Origin: Candidatus Woesebacteria bacterium | GTDB lineage: Bacteria > Patescibacteriota > Microgenomatia > UBA8517 | DNA length: 64,000 nucleotides | Assembly: GCA_016926185.1 (NCBI GenBank) | Contig: JAFGPD010000010.1 | Coordinates: 1,444-65,443, forward strand | Direction: 5' to 3' | Shown here: in pieces, positions 47,787 to 57,725 of the stretch | Layout: every line of letters starts with the position of its first letter | How positions within the stretch are numbered: position 1 is the first letter of the stretch | Translations under genes and position numbers: made by a program | The notes under the pieces: generated by a model | The model's input: only the letters and a program-made list of their open reading frames with translations | Told to the model about the DNA's origin: nothing | The model's database searches: none

Positions 47787-48260
47787 ATGGAACTTTTTAT
47801 AGCTTTCATTGCAAGTATACTATTGTGGCTGATGTTTGTTGGATTAGTGCTTTTATGGATAATTGATGGAAGGATAAAAAAAGAACAGGCACTTCACGCC
47901 TTTTTCTCGTCAACAACAGCTTGGACAGTGTCTCAAATGATAAAACAAATTTTTCCCAGACCGCGTCCGTATCAATTGAATGGCCATCAGCTTTTAACAG
48001 TAACACTTAATCATTATGATGGGTCCTTTCCTTCTACTCATGCGGCTTTGGCTTTTTCAATCGCTTTTGCGGTATATCTGCATTCTAAAAAACTTGGGAC
48101 CTTTTTTATGATTTGTGCATTTTTAGTGGCTTTAGGAAGGGTGTTAAGTAATGTTCATTATGCTGTGGATGTGGTGGGGGGTGGGATAGTAGGAGCAACA
48201 ACTGCATATTTTTTAGACAAACTTCATTTAGACAAGCTGATAGGCAAAAAGGGGAAATAG
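47787..48260 (+). CDS. PAP2-family phosphatase (BcrC-like)
   Basis: K...RPRP, SFPSTH, GRV..VHY..DV. Confidence 0.85.
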   Translation: MELFIAFIASILLWLMFVGLVLLWIIDGRIKKEQALHAFFSSTTAWTVSQMIKQIFPRPRPYQLNGHQLLTVTLNHYDGSFPSTHAALAFSIAFAVYLHSKKLGTFFMICAFLVALGRVLSNVHYAVDVVGGGIVGATTAYFLDKLHLDKLIGKKGK

Positions 48261-48278
48261 ATGTTTTCTACTTGACAA

Positions 48279-48305
48279 TTAGCACTATAAACTTTAGACT
48301 GCTAA
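48279..48305. promoter_or_regulatory. CIRCE element (HrcA operator) overlapping the lon promoter
   Basis: TTAGCACTA-N9-GACTGCTAA vs consensus TTAGCACTC-N9-GAGTGCTAA; TTGACA at 48272, TAGACT at 48295. Confidence 0.8.
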
Positions 48306-48316
48306 GAGTGTAGATT

Positions 48317-50758
48317 ATGCAAGAGATCGATAAAATTTATAATAATATTCCAGTTGTAGCTATCCGTGGCTCTGTCGTGTTTCCTCATACAGATACGATA
48401 TTGTCGTTCGGAAGGAAAAAAAGTGTCGCGGCTGTTAACAAATCCTTTCAAACAGATAAGGTGATCTCTATTTTCACTCAAAAAGACCCAAGAACTCAGG
48501 ATCCAAAAGCCGGTGACCTGTATTCCGTTGGTACAATTGCGACAATAACGCAAATGATGTCTACGGACAATGAGCTTCATGCTGTTGTACGAGGACAAGA
48601 AAGAATTAAACTTTCAAAAATCACATCCATATCTCCTTATTTGGAAGCTGAGGTGGAAAAAATCCAGGAGGATAAGACAGACGATCCAAAAGTCCAGGCA
48701 TTAGCCAAAAAGTTAGCATCACTTTTCAAAAAATCTATAAATTTGGGCAAACAAGCCGAAATAATGACCGTTATGAGATTGGTGTCGGGAAAAGTTGACC
48801 CGAATGAGCTTGCTGATCAGATAGCTTCAATTTTGGACATTACCACAAATGAAAAACAAGAGATACTGGAGACATTTTCTATTAAATCAAGGATCCAGAA
48901 AGTGATGAAATTATTAGCCCGTGAAGTGAATATATTGGATATTGAAAGGACGATCACCTCAAAAACCCAAAAGAGATTTGAGGATCAGATGAGAAAAGCG
49001 ATGCTTCGCGAGAAAAAAAGAACAATTGAAGAGGAGTTGGGTGAGGAAGATGAGGATGGTTCAGATGAGATCATTAGTTACAGAAAAAAGATAACAAAGT
49101 CCAAAATGCCTAAAGATGTCAAAAAGAAGGCAAAAAAGGAACTTAATAAGCTCTCAAAACTAAATCTACATAGTCCCGAGGTGGGATATATCAGAAATTA
49201 TCTTGATTGGATTACTGATATGCCTTGGGGTAAGTTAAGCACAAGTGATGTGGAGATCAAAAAAGCGAAAAAGATTCTAAACGATGACCATCATGGTCTG
49301 AAAAAAACCAAGGAAAGGATACTTGAGTATCTTGCTGTTATGAAAGTAAAGAAGAACAATGGAAAATCAGCAAAGAAAAATAAAAAAGAAAACATCCATA
49401 ATGTGCTGGATTCACAGCCGACAATTTTGTGTTTTATCGGTCCTCCGGGGGTTGGCAAAACATCTATAGGGAAATCTATAGCACGCGCTCTTGGCAGAAA
49501 GTTTGTAAGAATATCCCTGGGAGGAGTGAGGGATGAAGCAGAAATAAGAGGCCACAGAAGAACTTATGTCGGTGCGCTTCCGGGAAGAATTATTCAGGGA
49601 ATAAAAGATGCAGGGACAAGTAACCCCGTTTTTATGCTTGATGAGGTGGATAAGCTAGGTACTGACTTTCGCGGTGATCCAAGTTCGGCTTTGCTGGAGG
49701 CACTTGATCCCGAACAAAATAAAGAGTTCTCTGACCACTACTTGGAAGTTGCTTATGATCTTTCAAAAGTGATGTTTATCTGCACAGGAAATGTATTGGA
49801 TGATATTCCTCCTGCACTGAAAGACAGGATGGAAGTGATAACTTTTCCGGGTTACACTCAAGAAGAAAAATTCGGTATAGCAAAAGATTTCCTCTGGCCT
49901 AAGCAGCTTAGACTTCATGGACTTGATAATAAAAAGATCAAGATCAATAAAACCGCGCTTGATGAGGTGATCAACCGTTATACAAGAGAGGCGGGGGTTA
50001 GGGATCTAGAGAGGAATTTAGCAACAATTTGCAGAAAGATCGCCAGAAAGATCGCAGAAGGTAAAAAGTTTAATAAAACTATCACGAAGACAAGCCTTAA
50101 AAAATACTTAGGCCCGCAAAAATTCACTTCTCTAATAGCCGAGACAAAAGATGATGTGGGTATGTCTACAGGATTGGGTGTTACTGCAGCCGGGGGAGAA
50201 ATAATGTTCATTGAGGTTGCTCTTATGCCTGGGAAAGGAAAACTTACCCTGACAGGTAAACTGGGAGATGTTATGCAGGAGTCGGCAAAAGCAGCTTTTA
50301 CATGGACAAAGTCCCACTGGGATATGTTAGGTTTGAATGAGCGCTTTTCAAAAAACATAGATGTTCACATTCATGTACCTGAGGGTGCTGTGCCGAAAGA
50401 CGGTCCATCTGCAGGAATTGCCTTATCAACAGCATTGGTATCCGCACTGACCGGTATTCCGGTCAAACGTACTGTTGCCATGACAGGTGAGGTTACTCTA
50501 AGAGGAAGAGTTCTTGAGATAGGCGGGGTGAAAGAGAAGGTCATTGCTGCTCATAGGGCAGGCATTAAGACAATTGTTTTGCCAAAGGATAATGAAAAAG
50601 ATCTTGAAGATATCCCAAGTTCAACAAAGGAAGATATTGAATTTGTTTTTGCGAAACAGCTTGAGGATGTTTTATCTGTTTCCCTTAAAAAATGGCCAAT
50701 AACTGATAAGAATAAAAAACACTTTGATACTCGTCCCTCATTTCTTGCAACAAATTAG
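48317..50758 (+). CDS. lon: ATP-dependent Lon protease
   Basis: GPPGVGKT, RRTYVGALPGRI, PKDGPSAG, IGGVKEK. Confidence 0.97.
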   Translation: MQEIDKIYNNIPVVAIRGSVVFPHTDTILSFGRKKSVAAVNKSFQTDKVISIFTQKDPRTQDPKAGDLYSVGTIATITQMMSTDNELHAVVRGQERIKLSKITSISPYLEAEVEKIQEDKTDDPKVQALAKKLASLFKKSINLGKQAEIMTVMRLVSGKVDPNELADQIASILDITTNEKQEILETFSIKSRIQKVMKLLAREVNILDIERTITSKTQKRFEDQMRKAMLREKKRTIEEELGEEDEDGSDEIISYRKKITKSKMPKDVKKKAKKELNKLSKLNLHSPEVGYIRNYLDWITDMPWGKLSTSDVEIKKAKKILNDDHHGLKKTKERILEYLAVMKVKKNNGKSAKKNKKENIHNVLDSQPTILCFIGPPGVGKTSIGKSIARALGRKFVRISLGGVRDEAEIRGHRRTYVGALPGRIIQGIKDAGTSNPVFMLDEVDKLGTDFRGDPSSALLEALDPEQNKEFSDHYLEVAYDLSKVMFICTGNVLDDIPPALKDRMEVITFPGYTQEEKFGIAKDFLWPKQLRLHGLDNKKIKINKTALDEVINRYTREAGVRDLERNLATICRKIARKIAEGKKFNKTITKTSLKKYLGPQKFTSLIAETKDDVGMSTGLGVTAAGGEIMFIEVALMPGKGKLTLTGKLGDVMQESAKAAFTWTKSHWDMLGLNERFSKNIDVHIHVPEGAVPKDGPSAGIALSTALVSALTGIPVKRTVAMTGEVTLRGRVLEIGGVKEKVIAAHRAGIKTIVLPKDNEKDLEDIPSSTKEDIEFVFAKQLEDVLSVSLKKWPITDKNKKHFDTRPSFLATN

Positions 50759-50972
50759 TATTTCTTCTTACGAATTATTTTACTCATTCGTTGGATATAC
50801 AAGATTTTTAACTTTTTCTGCCAATAACTATGAAAAAGCCATCAGTGATCAGATGGATTAGATTCGGAAAATTAATTCCACATGGATTTTAAGTATTAAA
50901 AATATTCCTAAAATATGGTAAAATACAAACACTTCCCGGGAAAAAAGTGGCTTTCTCCGGAAAAAGGAATAT

Positions 50973-51479
50973 ATGAGTTGTATTGGAAATATCAAGCAAG
51001 GGACTGTAATTATTGAGCGCGGAAAAGTATATAAGGTGTATAAGGTCAAAGAAGAGCAATATAACGGTGAACCTCAAGATGTGATGTACTACAAACCATA
51101 TTTTGATGATCCCACACAAAATGGACTCATCTGCTCAATTCCTGTGAATAGCATAAGAGAAGCAAACATCAGGGTCCCATCTACAAAAAAAGAGATCAAA
51201 GAAGTACTAAGTGACCTGAAAAAGCAGGTGCGACTGAGAAATATTCTCGATGCAAAAGATGCAAAGACGGCAGTTAATGAAAATGATATTGGTGAAACTG
51301 TATCAGTCATAAGGAAATTTTGGGCGGAAAAGAAAAAAAGGGATACCGGAAATCTTCCAAAATCAAAAAAGGATATTCTGGAATCTGCGATTGAGCAAGT
51401 TGCGCAGGAGATCGCGTATGTCAGTAACACTTCTTTAGAGAAAGCTTACGAGAAGGTGAATCATGCGCTAGATAATTAA
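50973..51479 (+). CDS. CarD-family transcription factor
   Basis: N-terminal Tudor-like strands, SIPV...NIR...KEI..VL; C-terminal K.ILESA...AQEIA. Confidence 0.7.
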   Translation: MSCIGNIKQGTVIIERGKVYKVYKVKEEQYNGEPQDVMYYKPYFDDPTQNGLICSIPVNSIREANIRVPSTKKEIKEVLSDLKKQVRLRNILDAKDAKTAVNENDIGETVSVIRKFWAEKKKRDTGNLPKSKKDILESAIEQVAQEIAYVSNTSLEKAYEKVNHALDN

Positions 51480-51598
51480 ATTCTTCGATCAAAAAGTGAT
51501 ATTGCTGTTTTTCTGAGACACAACCTCAATTCTTTGAACAAAAAGCTTGATATTATGTTGTGCAATACTCTAGCTTTTGTTAAGATTAAATTGCTTCG

Positions 51599-54500
51599 AT
51601 GGATGACAAAAGTAGAGACAACAATAACCACAGTGATGTGAACGATAATTTTGAATATAATCCTTCTGGATCTGTCGCGAGCGAAAACACCTCATCCGGA
51701 TTTTTCAAAAAAGCTTTTTTTGAAGGTAAGAACGAAATTTCAAAACTACTAATGCTTTTCAAAAATCTGAAAAACAAAAAATATCTGGTTGTATTATTAG
51801 TATTAATTCTATTTATTGGTTTAGTAGCATTAAAAAACCGACCTTCGAAGAAATCAATACAGGTACGGCAGGAAGAACAGGAAGAGATCACTTCAGAAGA
51901 TGATGGGTTTGAGAAAGTAGTTATCCCTGAACGCGAACAACCATTCTTCAAACTTGAAACGAAAGAAGTTAGGAGATTTGGAATATTGCCTGCAGAAGAT
52001 TTTGTGCTAAAGACCATTGAGCCCGTGACAGCTTCGTATATTAGATCAGTGATCGAAGATCCGGAAAATTTTAGTATTGAAGAAACTGGTGACAAAGAAA
52101 TTACGATAAAGAACCGGAACGCTCTTGATCTGGATGAGCCGATATCTATAGTATTAAACACTCAAGGTCAGCAATTGGGTGGCTATACTTTTGACCGTAA
52201 TTATAGTTGGGCTTTTCAGGCGCAGGGTAAATTTGCAGTAGCATCAACTGTTCCAGGAAACGAAAAAACGCAGGTGCCTGTGAATACAGGAATAGAAATA
52301 ACGTTTAATCAGGATGATTTTAAAGATCCTGTCAGATTAATTCAAATTGAACCTGAAATCCAATTCAGATCTCAGATCATTGATGAGACCTTTGTTGTTA
52401 TTCCCGATAAACCTTTAGATCACGAAACTGTATACACTGTCAGATTAAAAAGTGGTTTGAGACTCAATTCAAGAGACGACCAAATAAGCGAGGATTATGA
52501 ATTTTCTTTTCAGACTGAGGAAAAGAAAGAGCTTTCAAAACCCAAACCCTGGATCTCCATCCATAATAATTTTGTCCAGTCTTCTCCAACGGAGCCTTTT
52601 ATCACTAGGGTAAGTACAGCGAATTGGAATAATGATATTAAAGTAAATATAAAGGTTTATCAGTTTGGGAATGCTTCGGAGTTTGTAAGCTCAAGGGAGG
52701 AATACGATGAAGCAGTTCGCGATTGGCAGGTATATTACCCGAATAGGTATAAATTTTCGGAAGGACTGGGAGAGGTATTAAATGAAGATGTCAGCGTGCA
52801 GGAGGAAGAACAAATTCAATATATCCAATTGTCCAAAAATCTTGACCCTGGATACTATCTGATGGAATTTAGGGTAGAGGGAGAACTAGTATCTAATCAA
52901 GTATGGTATCAATCCTCAGAAATAGCAGGTTTCATTTCTTTGGGAAGAGATGATATTATCGTTTGGGCTAATAATTTAGCTTCAAAGTCAGCTATCAACG
53001 GAGCGCTTGTCAGGAGTATATCAACCGGAGGAACTTGGATCACAAATGCTGACGGTGTTGCCAAGTTTCCATCAGCGCTAGAATATTTCGATGAAGATAA
53101 CGATTACTTTGAGATATCTGATGCAGCAGGTAATTCTGTGGTCTTGCCGGTCGAGTCGCAAAAAGGAAACACCGGTCCGGGTGAGACTTCCGCTGATGAT
53201 TTCTGGTCTTATCTTTACACAGAAAAAATATATTATCTAAGTAACGACACTGTAAATATCTGGGGTGTGATCAAGGATAGAGATACAGGTGTTGTGCCCA
53301 ATGCAAGATTGGTTTTGTTTCATTCAGAAGAAATATATTCCGAGCCCCTAAGTCCATCAAGTGATGGTTCTTTTATCACCAAATTTCCGCTCAATGATGC
53401 TCCGGAGGGTTGGTATCAGCTTCAATTGAAAGTAGGAGATACTACAGTCGAGCAGTTAAGCTTCACGGTCAGACAGTATGTAAAACCTGACATGAAGATC
53501 GAAATAAGCTCCGACAAAAAAGCGATCTTTACAGATGAAGAGGTCAAATTTGAGGTAAAAACATCATTTTTCGATGAAACTCCCGGTGCAAATATCGACC
53601 TTAATGTCCATGAATACCAATCAGGTAAAAAGACAACCTCGAAAACCGATGATAATGGTGTTATTGAATACACTTACAGACCCAGCTATAAACAAGGATA
53701 CTATTACCCGAGGTATGAAGGTATTTCAGCGATACCCGGGATCACTCAGGAAAGTATTGTTGAGGGCAGTGGCAGTGTTAGAGTTTTTGGTCCGAAGATC
53801 ATGATGACAACCGACAGGGATCAAGAATCTGATAAGGCTTCGTTCACTGCGACCTTTAATAAAGTTGATCTGACAGGTATCAACAGCGGAACAACCAATG
53901 ATCCCAAGGGAGATCCTGTCGGTGGTAAAGATATTAATGTATTGATTGAAGAACACTGGACAGAAAGAGTGGAAACAGGATTTACTTATAGTTTCATTGA
54001 GAAATTAACTTACAAAACCTACAAATATGAAAGAAAAACTGAAGAGAAAGAAAATTTAACCCTTACCACCGACAGCTTTGGTGAAATATCTCATAACTTT
54101 GATATGACAATTGGCCGCTCTTATACTGTAGAGATTTCTGTGAATGACGAAGACGGCAAAAAAGTTGAAAGAACTTTGTACTTCTATGCATCCAAGTGGG
54201 TCGGAAGTTACGGGTATTATGGTAGTAGCAGCGAGGACACAAACGTTTATATTGATCTGGCTTTTGGCAGAGATACAAATGTCTATTCAGTTGGGGAGGA
54301 TGTATATGTCAAATTGACCCAGCAGGGAGATGATTATAAAAAATTAGATGATGATAAGTTTCTTTTTACTAAATCTCAAAGGGGCAGACAAGATGCTTTT
54401 GTTGAGGATGTCCCGCAGTTTTCTTTCCAATTTTCGCAAAGTGATGTTCCTAACACTTTTGTGAGCGCGGTAGTTTTTAATGGAAGGATCTACAAACGTG

Positions 54501-56809
54501 CTGAAGGATATTGTCAAACAAATTGGGTATGCGGAGGAGGATGGGGATATTACCATTATTACTATAGCCATAATACCTTCAAGGGTATTTATATAACACA
54601 TAAAAAAGAGGATAGTGAACTTGATATAGAAATTAAAACAACAAAAGCAAAATACGAACCGGGTGAGCGAGTTGATATTCAGGCTATTGTCACCAAGGAT
54701 GGTAATCCTGCCGGGGGAGCTAGTGTGAATCTTGCTATGGTCGATGCCGCACTAGCAGCCATTGGCGGTGTACGTGAACCCAGTGTTTTAGCAAGCGTTC
54801 ATGAGGCGATACCTCACCAGATATACTACGTTTATACCACTCATGAGCCAATAATTCCTGATACTCCGGGAGCAGAAAAAGGCGGTGGTGGCGGTGATAG
54901 GGATAATTTCAAAGACACAGCAGCATTTTATCAGGCACAAACTGATGGTGAGGGAGTGGCTAATTTTAGCTTTGAACTTCCTGACAATATCACGACATGG
55001 ATAGTTTATATGCAGGCAATTAATGGCAATCTGCAAGCCGGTCAGTCTGAAAGCAGCATTATCGTGACAAAGGATTTCTTTGTAACGTCAAAGTTTCCGA
55101 AAAATATCTTAGTGGGCGATAGTGCTTTTATTAGTGCAAATAGCTTTGGTGTGGCACTTAATGAAAATAGCACTATCGATTACTCAGTATTATTTAACGA
55201 CGGAGGAAGTGAAATAGATAGTCAGCAGGCTCAAGAAAAAGCATTTGTAGAGAAAGATTTTAGAATACCAGAACTTGAAGAAGGAACTTATGATGTTATT
55301 GTCAGAGGTAAATACTCTGATATGAATGACGGTGTTCGCTTACCTCTGGAGGTGGTTAATTCAAGAATAAGACAAGAATATTCGGTAAAACACAATGTGG
55401 ATGAGGGCGGTGAACTAAGTGATCTAATTACAGACGATCATCTTGAGGACGAACCAATAATGTTGGTGGTATCAGATGAGGGGAAGGGAAAGTTTTTCTA
55501 CACCCTTAGGGATTATTGTTATAGAGGTTGGAGCAATAGGTTAGAGAAAAGAATTGTTTCAAAGAGATCAGATACTTTACTGCGTGACAAATTTGACTAT
55601 GAGGAATGCCGTATGATCGAACCGTTTTTCTCGGAATTTCAGGGTGCAGATGGCGGTTTGTCTCAAGTTGTCTGGGGAGGAAGTGTACTTGACACATCTC
55701 TTTGGGCAGTAATAGTTGCACCAGACGAATTTGACCAGGATAAATTGGTTAAATATTTTGATGATGTTTACGAAAACAGTCAAGGTGACAGACTGCACAA
55801 GATAAGGGCTGGATGGGCTTTATCGCTTTTGGGAGAAAGTAAATTAAGGGAGCTGAAAGCAATGATTCCTGCTGCTATTTCATTTGATGAAAAAGTATAT
55901 CTTGGGATCGCACTTGCACAGCTTGGTGATAGGGAGGTTGCTAGAGGTCTTTTTCTTGATATTCTTGCTGATTATGCATATGAGCTTCATCCATACATAA
56001 GAATTGATTCAACACAAGACAGGGGCGCCAGTTATGAAGATTTCGTTGTTGAGACAAGTAAGGCCCTTTTGCTTGGTGAACTTGTGGATGATAAATATAA
56101 CGATCGTATGTATGAATACATCGATAATTACAGAGGAACCTTGCAAAATTATTTGATAGATCTGAGTGACATTGAGTATATTGATAACGCAATTGCGACA
56201 CTACCGGATAGTGACACACAGTATAGTTTGACCACGACTGCAGGCACAATTTCAGAAACACTCGACAAGGGAAAGAGTGAGTGGTATGAGCTTACTTCTA
56301 ATGATATTGATCAATTTGAATTTTCTTTGGAAACCGGAAAAGCTGATCTATTGGCAAAGTATCTTATTGATATAGATGTATTAAAAACTAAGAGTCAAGA
56401 CAAACGGCTTTCGATCAAACGTACTATAACTGAGGCCAAAAATGACGATGGCGTGATAAGACCGGGAGATATTGTCAAAATAACTTTAGAGCTGACACTT
56501 GATCTTGATAATGCGCCGAAATGTTCGTATCAAATAAAAGATTCGCTTCCTTCCGGTTTGACATATTTAAGCAGTCCTGGCAGTTTTGGTTTTAAAGATG
56601 CCTATTATGCAAGGGAAACTACCGGAAATACGATTGTGTTTAACACTTATAGCTCAAAATGGATATTCAAAGAAGGCAAGCAAGTTATAAATTATTATGC
56701 GAAAGCTTCGGCTGTTGGAGAATACAGAGCAGAACCGGCAGTCTTCCAATCGCTCAAGGAACTCACGGTCTTTTCGATGACAGATGAGGGAACTGTAGTG
56801 GTAGAATAG
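51599..56809 (+). CDS. Alpha-2-macroglobulin family protein with N-terminal TM and Ig-like domains
   Basis: YLYTEK..Y...DTV, F.V..Y.KP, RDNFKDTA.F..., FELPDNITTW, EFQ.ADGG, I.DSLPSGL, GEYRAEPA. Confidence 0.85.
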   Translation: MDDKSRDNNNHSDVNDNFEYNPSGSVASENTSSGFFKKAFFEGKNEISKLLMLFKNLKNKKYLVVLLVLILFIGLVALKNRPSKKSIQVRQEEQEEITSEDDGFEKVVIPEREQPFFKLETKEVRRFGILPAEDFVLKTIEPVTASYIRSVIEDPENFSIEETGDKEITIKNRNALDLDEPISIVLNTQGQQLGGYTFDRNYSWAFQAQGKFAVASTVPGNEKTQVPVNTGIEITFNQDDFKDPVRLIQIEPEIQFRSQIIDETFVVIPDKPLDHETVYTVRLKSGLRLNSRDDQISEDYEFSFQTEEKKELSKPKPWISIHNNFVQSSPTEPFITRVSTANWNNDIKVNIKVYQFGNASEFVSSREEYDEAVRDWQVYYPNRYKFSEGLGEVLNEDVSVQEEEQIQYIQLSKNLDPGYYLMEFRVEGELVSNQVWYQSSEIAGFISLGRDDIIVWANNLASKSAINGALVRSISTGGTWITNADGVAKFPSALEYFDEDNDYFEISDAAGNSVVLPVESQKGNTGPGETSADDFWSYLYTEKIYYLSNDTVNIWGVIKDRDTGVVPNARLVLFHSEEIYSEPLSPSSDGSFITKFPLNDAPEGWYQLQLKVGDTTVEQLSFTVRQYVKPDMKIEISSDKKAIFTDEEVKFEVKTSFFDETPGANIDLNVHEYQSGKKTTSKTDDNGVIEYTYRPSYKQGYYYPRYEGISAIPGITQESIVEGSGSVRVFGPKIMMTTDRDQESDKASFTATFNKVDLTGINSGTTNDPKGDPVGGKDINVLIEEHWTERVETGFTYSFIEKLTYKTYKYERKTEEKENLTLTTDSFGEISHNFDMTIGRSYTVEISVNDEDGKKVERTLYFYASKWVGSYGYYGSSSEDTNVYIDLAFGRDTNVYSVGEDVYVKLTQQGDDYKKLDDDKFLFTKSQRGRQDAFVEDVPQFSFQFSQSDVPNTFVSAVVFNGRIYKRAEGYCQTNWVCGGGWGYYHYYYSHNTFKGIYITHKKEDSELDIEIKTTKAKYEPGERVDIQAIVTKDGNPAGGASVNLAMVDAALAAIGGVREPSVLASVHEAIPHQIYYVYTTHEPIIPDTPGAEKGGGGGDRDNFKDTAAFYQAQTDGEGVANFSFELPDNITTWIVYMQAINGNLQAGQSESSIIVTKDFFVTSKFPKNILVGDSAFISANSFGVALNENSTIDYSVLFNDGGSEIDSQQAQEKAFVEKDFRIPELEEGTYDVIVRGKYSDMNDGVRLPLEVVNSRIRQEYSVKHNVDEGGELSDLITDDHLEDEPIMLVVSDEGKGKFFYTLRDYCYRGWSNRLEKRIVSKRSDTLLRDKFDYEECRMIEPFFSEFQGADGGLSQVVWGGSVLDTSLWAVIVAPDEFDQDKLVKYFDDVYENSQGDRLHKIRAGWALSLLGESKLRELKAMIPAAISFDEKVYLGIALAQLGDREVARGLFLDILADYAYELHPYIRIDSTQDRGASYEDFVVETSKALLLGELVDDKYNDRMYEYIDNYRGTLQNYLIDLSDIEYIDNAIATLPDSDTQYSLTTTAGTISETLDKGKSEWYELTSNDIDQFEFSLETGKADLLAKYLIDIDVLKTKSQDKRLSIKRTITEAKNDDGVIRPGDIVKITLELTLDLDNAPKCSYQIKDSLPSGLTYLSSPGSFGFKDAYYARETTGNTIVFNTYSSKWIFKEGKQVINYYAKASAVGEYRAEPAVFQSLKELTVFSMTDEGTVVVE

Positions 56810-56816
56810 CTACAAA

Positions 56817-57623
56817 ATGAGTTTAATAAATTCCAAATTTAAGATAATAGTGTCAATATTGCTGATAATAATTATTTTAGTTGGATTATTTTACAAACAA
56901 AGAAAGGAACAAAAAGTATTAGGTGAATCGGATGATGAACATTTAGATATTCGTGGATTGGTAATACCTCACCATGACCTTGCTTTTGATCTAATAATTA
57001 GAGCTATTGAAAGTTCAAAGAAAGATACAGGTTACAGAAAAATTGTGATCATCGGACCCAATCATTACTATCCCAACAGCCCCTTTATAACAACCGGAGA
57101 TAGTTTGAGAGATTATTCAATAGACGAAGATTATGTTACGAAATTAGTCAGTTATGATCACGTTCATTTTGATAATGAAATGTTAGGAAATGAACATAGT
57201 ATCGGGATACCGATAGAGTACTTGGGCAAAGCATATCCCGAAGCAGATTTCATACCGATCATTGTTTCGCATTATTATAATGAGGAGTCAATGGACAAAT
57301 TTGCAGAAAAACTATCTGAAGACTTTTCATCTGAAACTCTTTTTGTAATGGCAGTGGATTTTTCCCACAATGTAGGTTTTGAAGAGGCGATGAGAAATAA
57401 CGATGATTCTATTTCTGCAATTGAAAGGTTTGATTATAATACTATCATTAATTTTGACGACAGATATATGGACTCACCTCTCTCAACAATACTGTTTTTA
57501 AATATTATGGAAAAATTGGGAGCAAAGAATTGGCAAACATATGACTCTTCACACGCAAGTTTGCTTAAGGGAATACCCAACCTTCAAGGGACAAGTTACG
57601 TGACAGGGGTTTTCTCGAAATAA
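56817..57623 (+). CDS. Membrane-anchored MEMO1/AmmeMemoRadiSam protein B-like protein
   Basis: IPHH, IIGPNH, EHSI, VDFSH. Confidence 0.8.
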   Translation: MSLINSKFKIIVSILLIIIILVGLFYKQRKEQKVLGESDDEHLDIRGLVIPHHDLAFDLIIRAIESSKKDTGYRKIVIIGPNHYYPNSPFITTGDSLRDYSIDEDYVTKLVSYDHVHFDNEMLGNEHSIGIPIEYLGKAYPEADFIPIIVSHYYNEESMDKFAEKLSEDFSSETLFVMAVDFSHNVGFEEAMRNNDDSISAIERFDYNTIINFDDRYMDSPLSTILFLNIMEKLGAKNWQTYDSSHASLLKGIPNLQGTSYVTGVFSK

Positions 57624-57725
57624 TATACTTTATGTGGTGTTACAATAGATATCTAAAAGCGGTTACGCTAGTTTTCGAAAAAAAGTGAGGAGAAGTTTTT
57701 AATAAATTATTTAAATAACAGTAAA

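Noticed and set aside
9855-56240. TTTGACC occurrences inside coding regions (e.g. ~9860, ~15270, ~44288, ~52190, ~55730, ~56228)
   Set aside because: They lack the CYATA extension and junction context, and are consistent with chance 7-mers.
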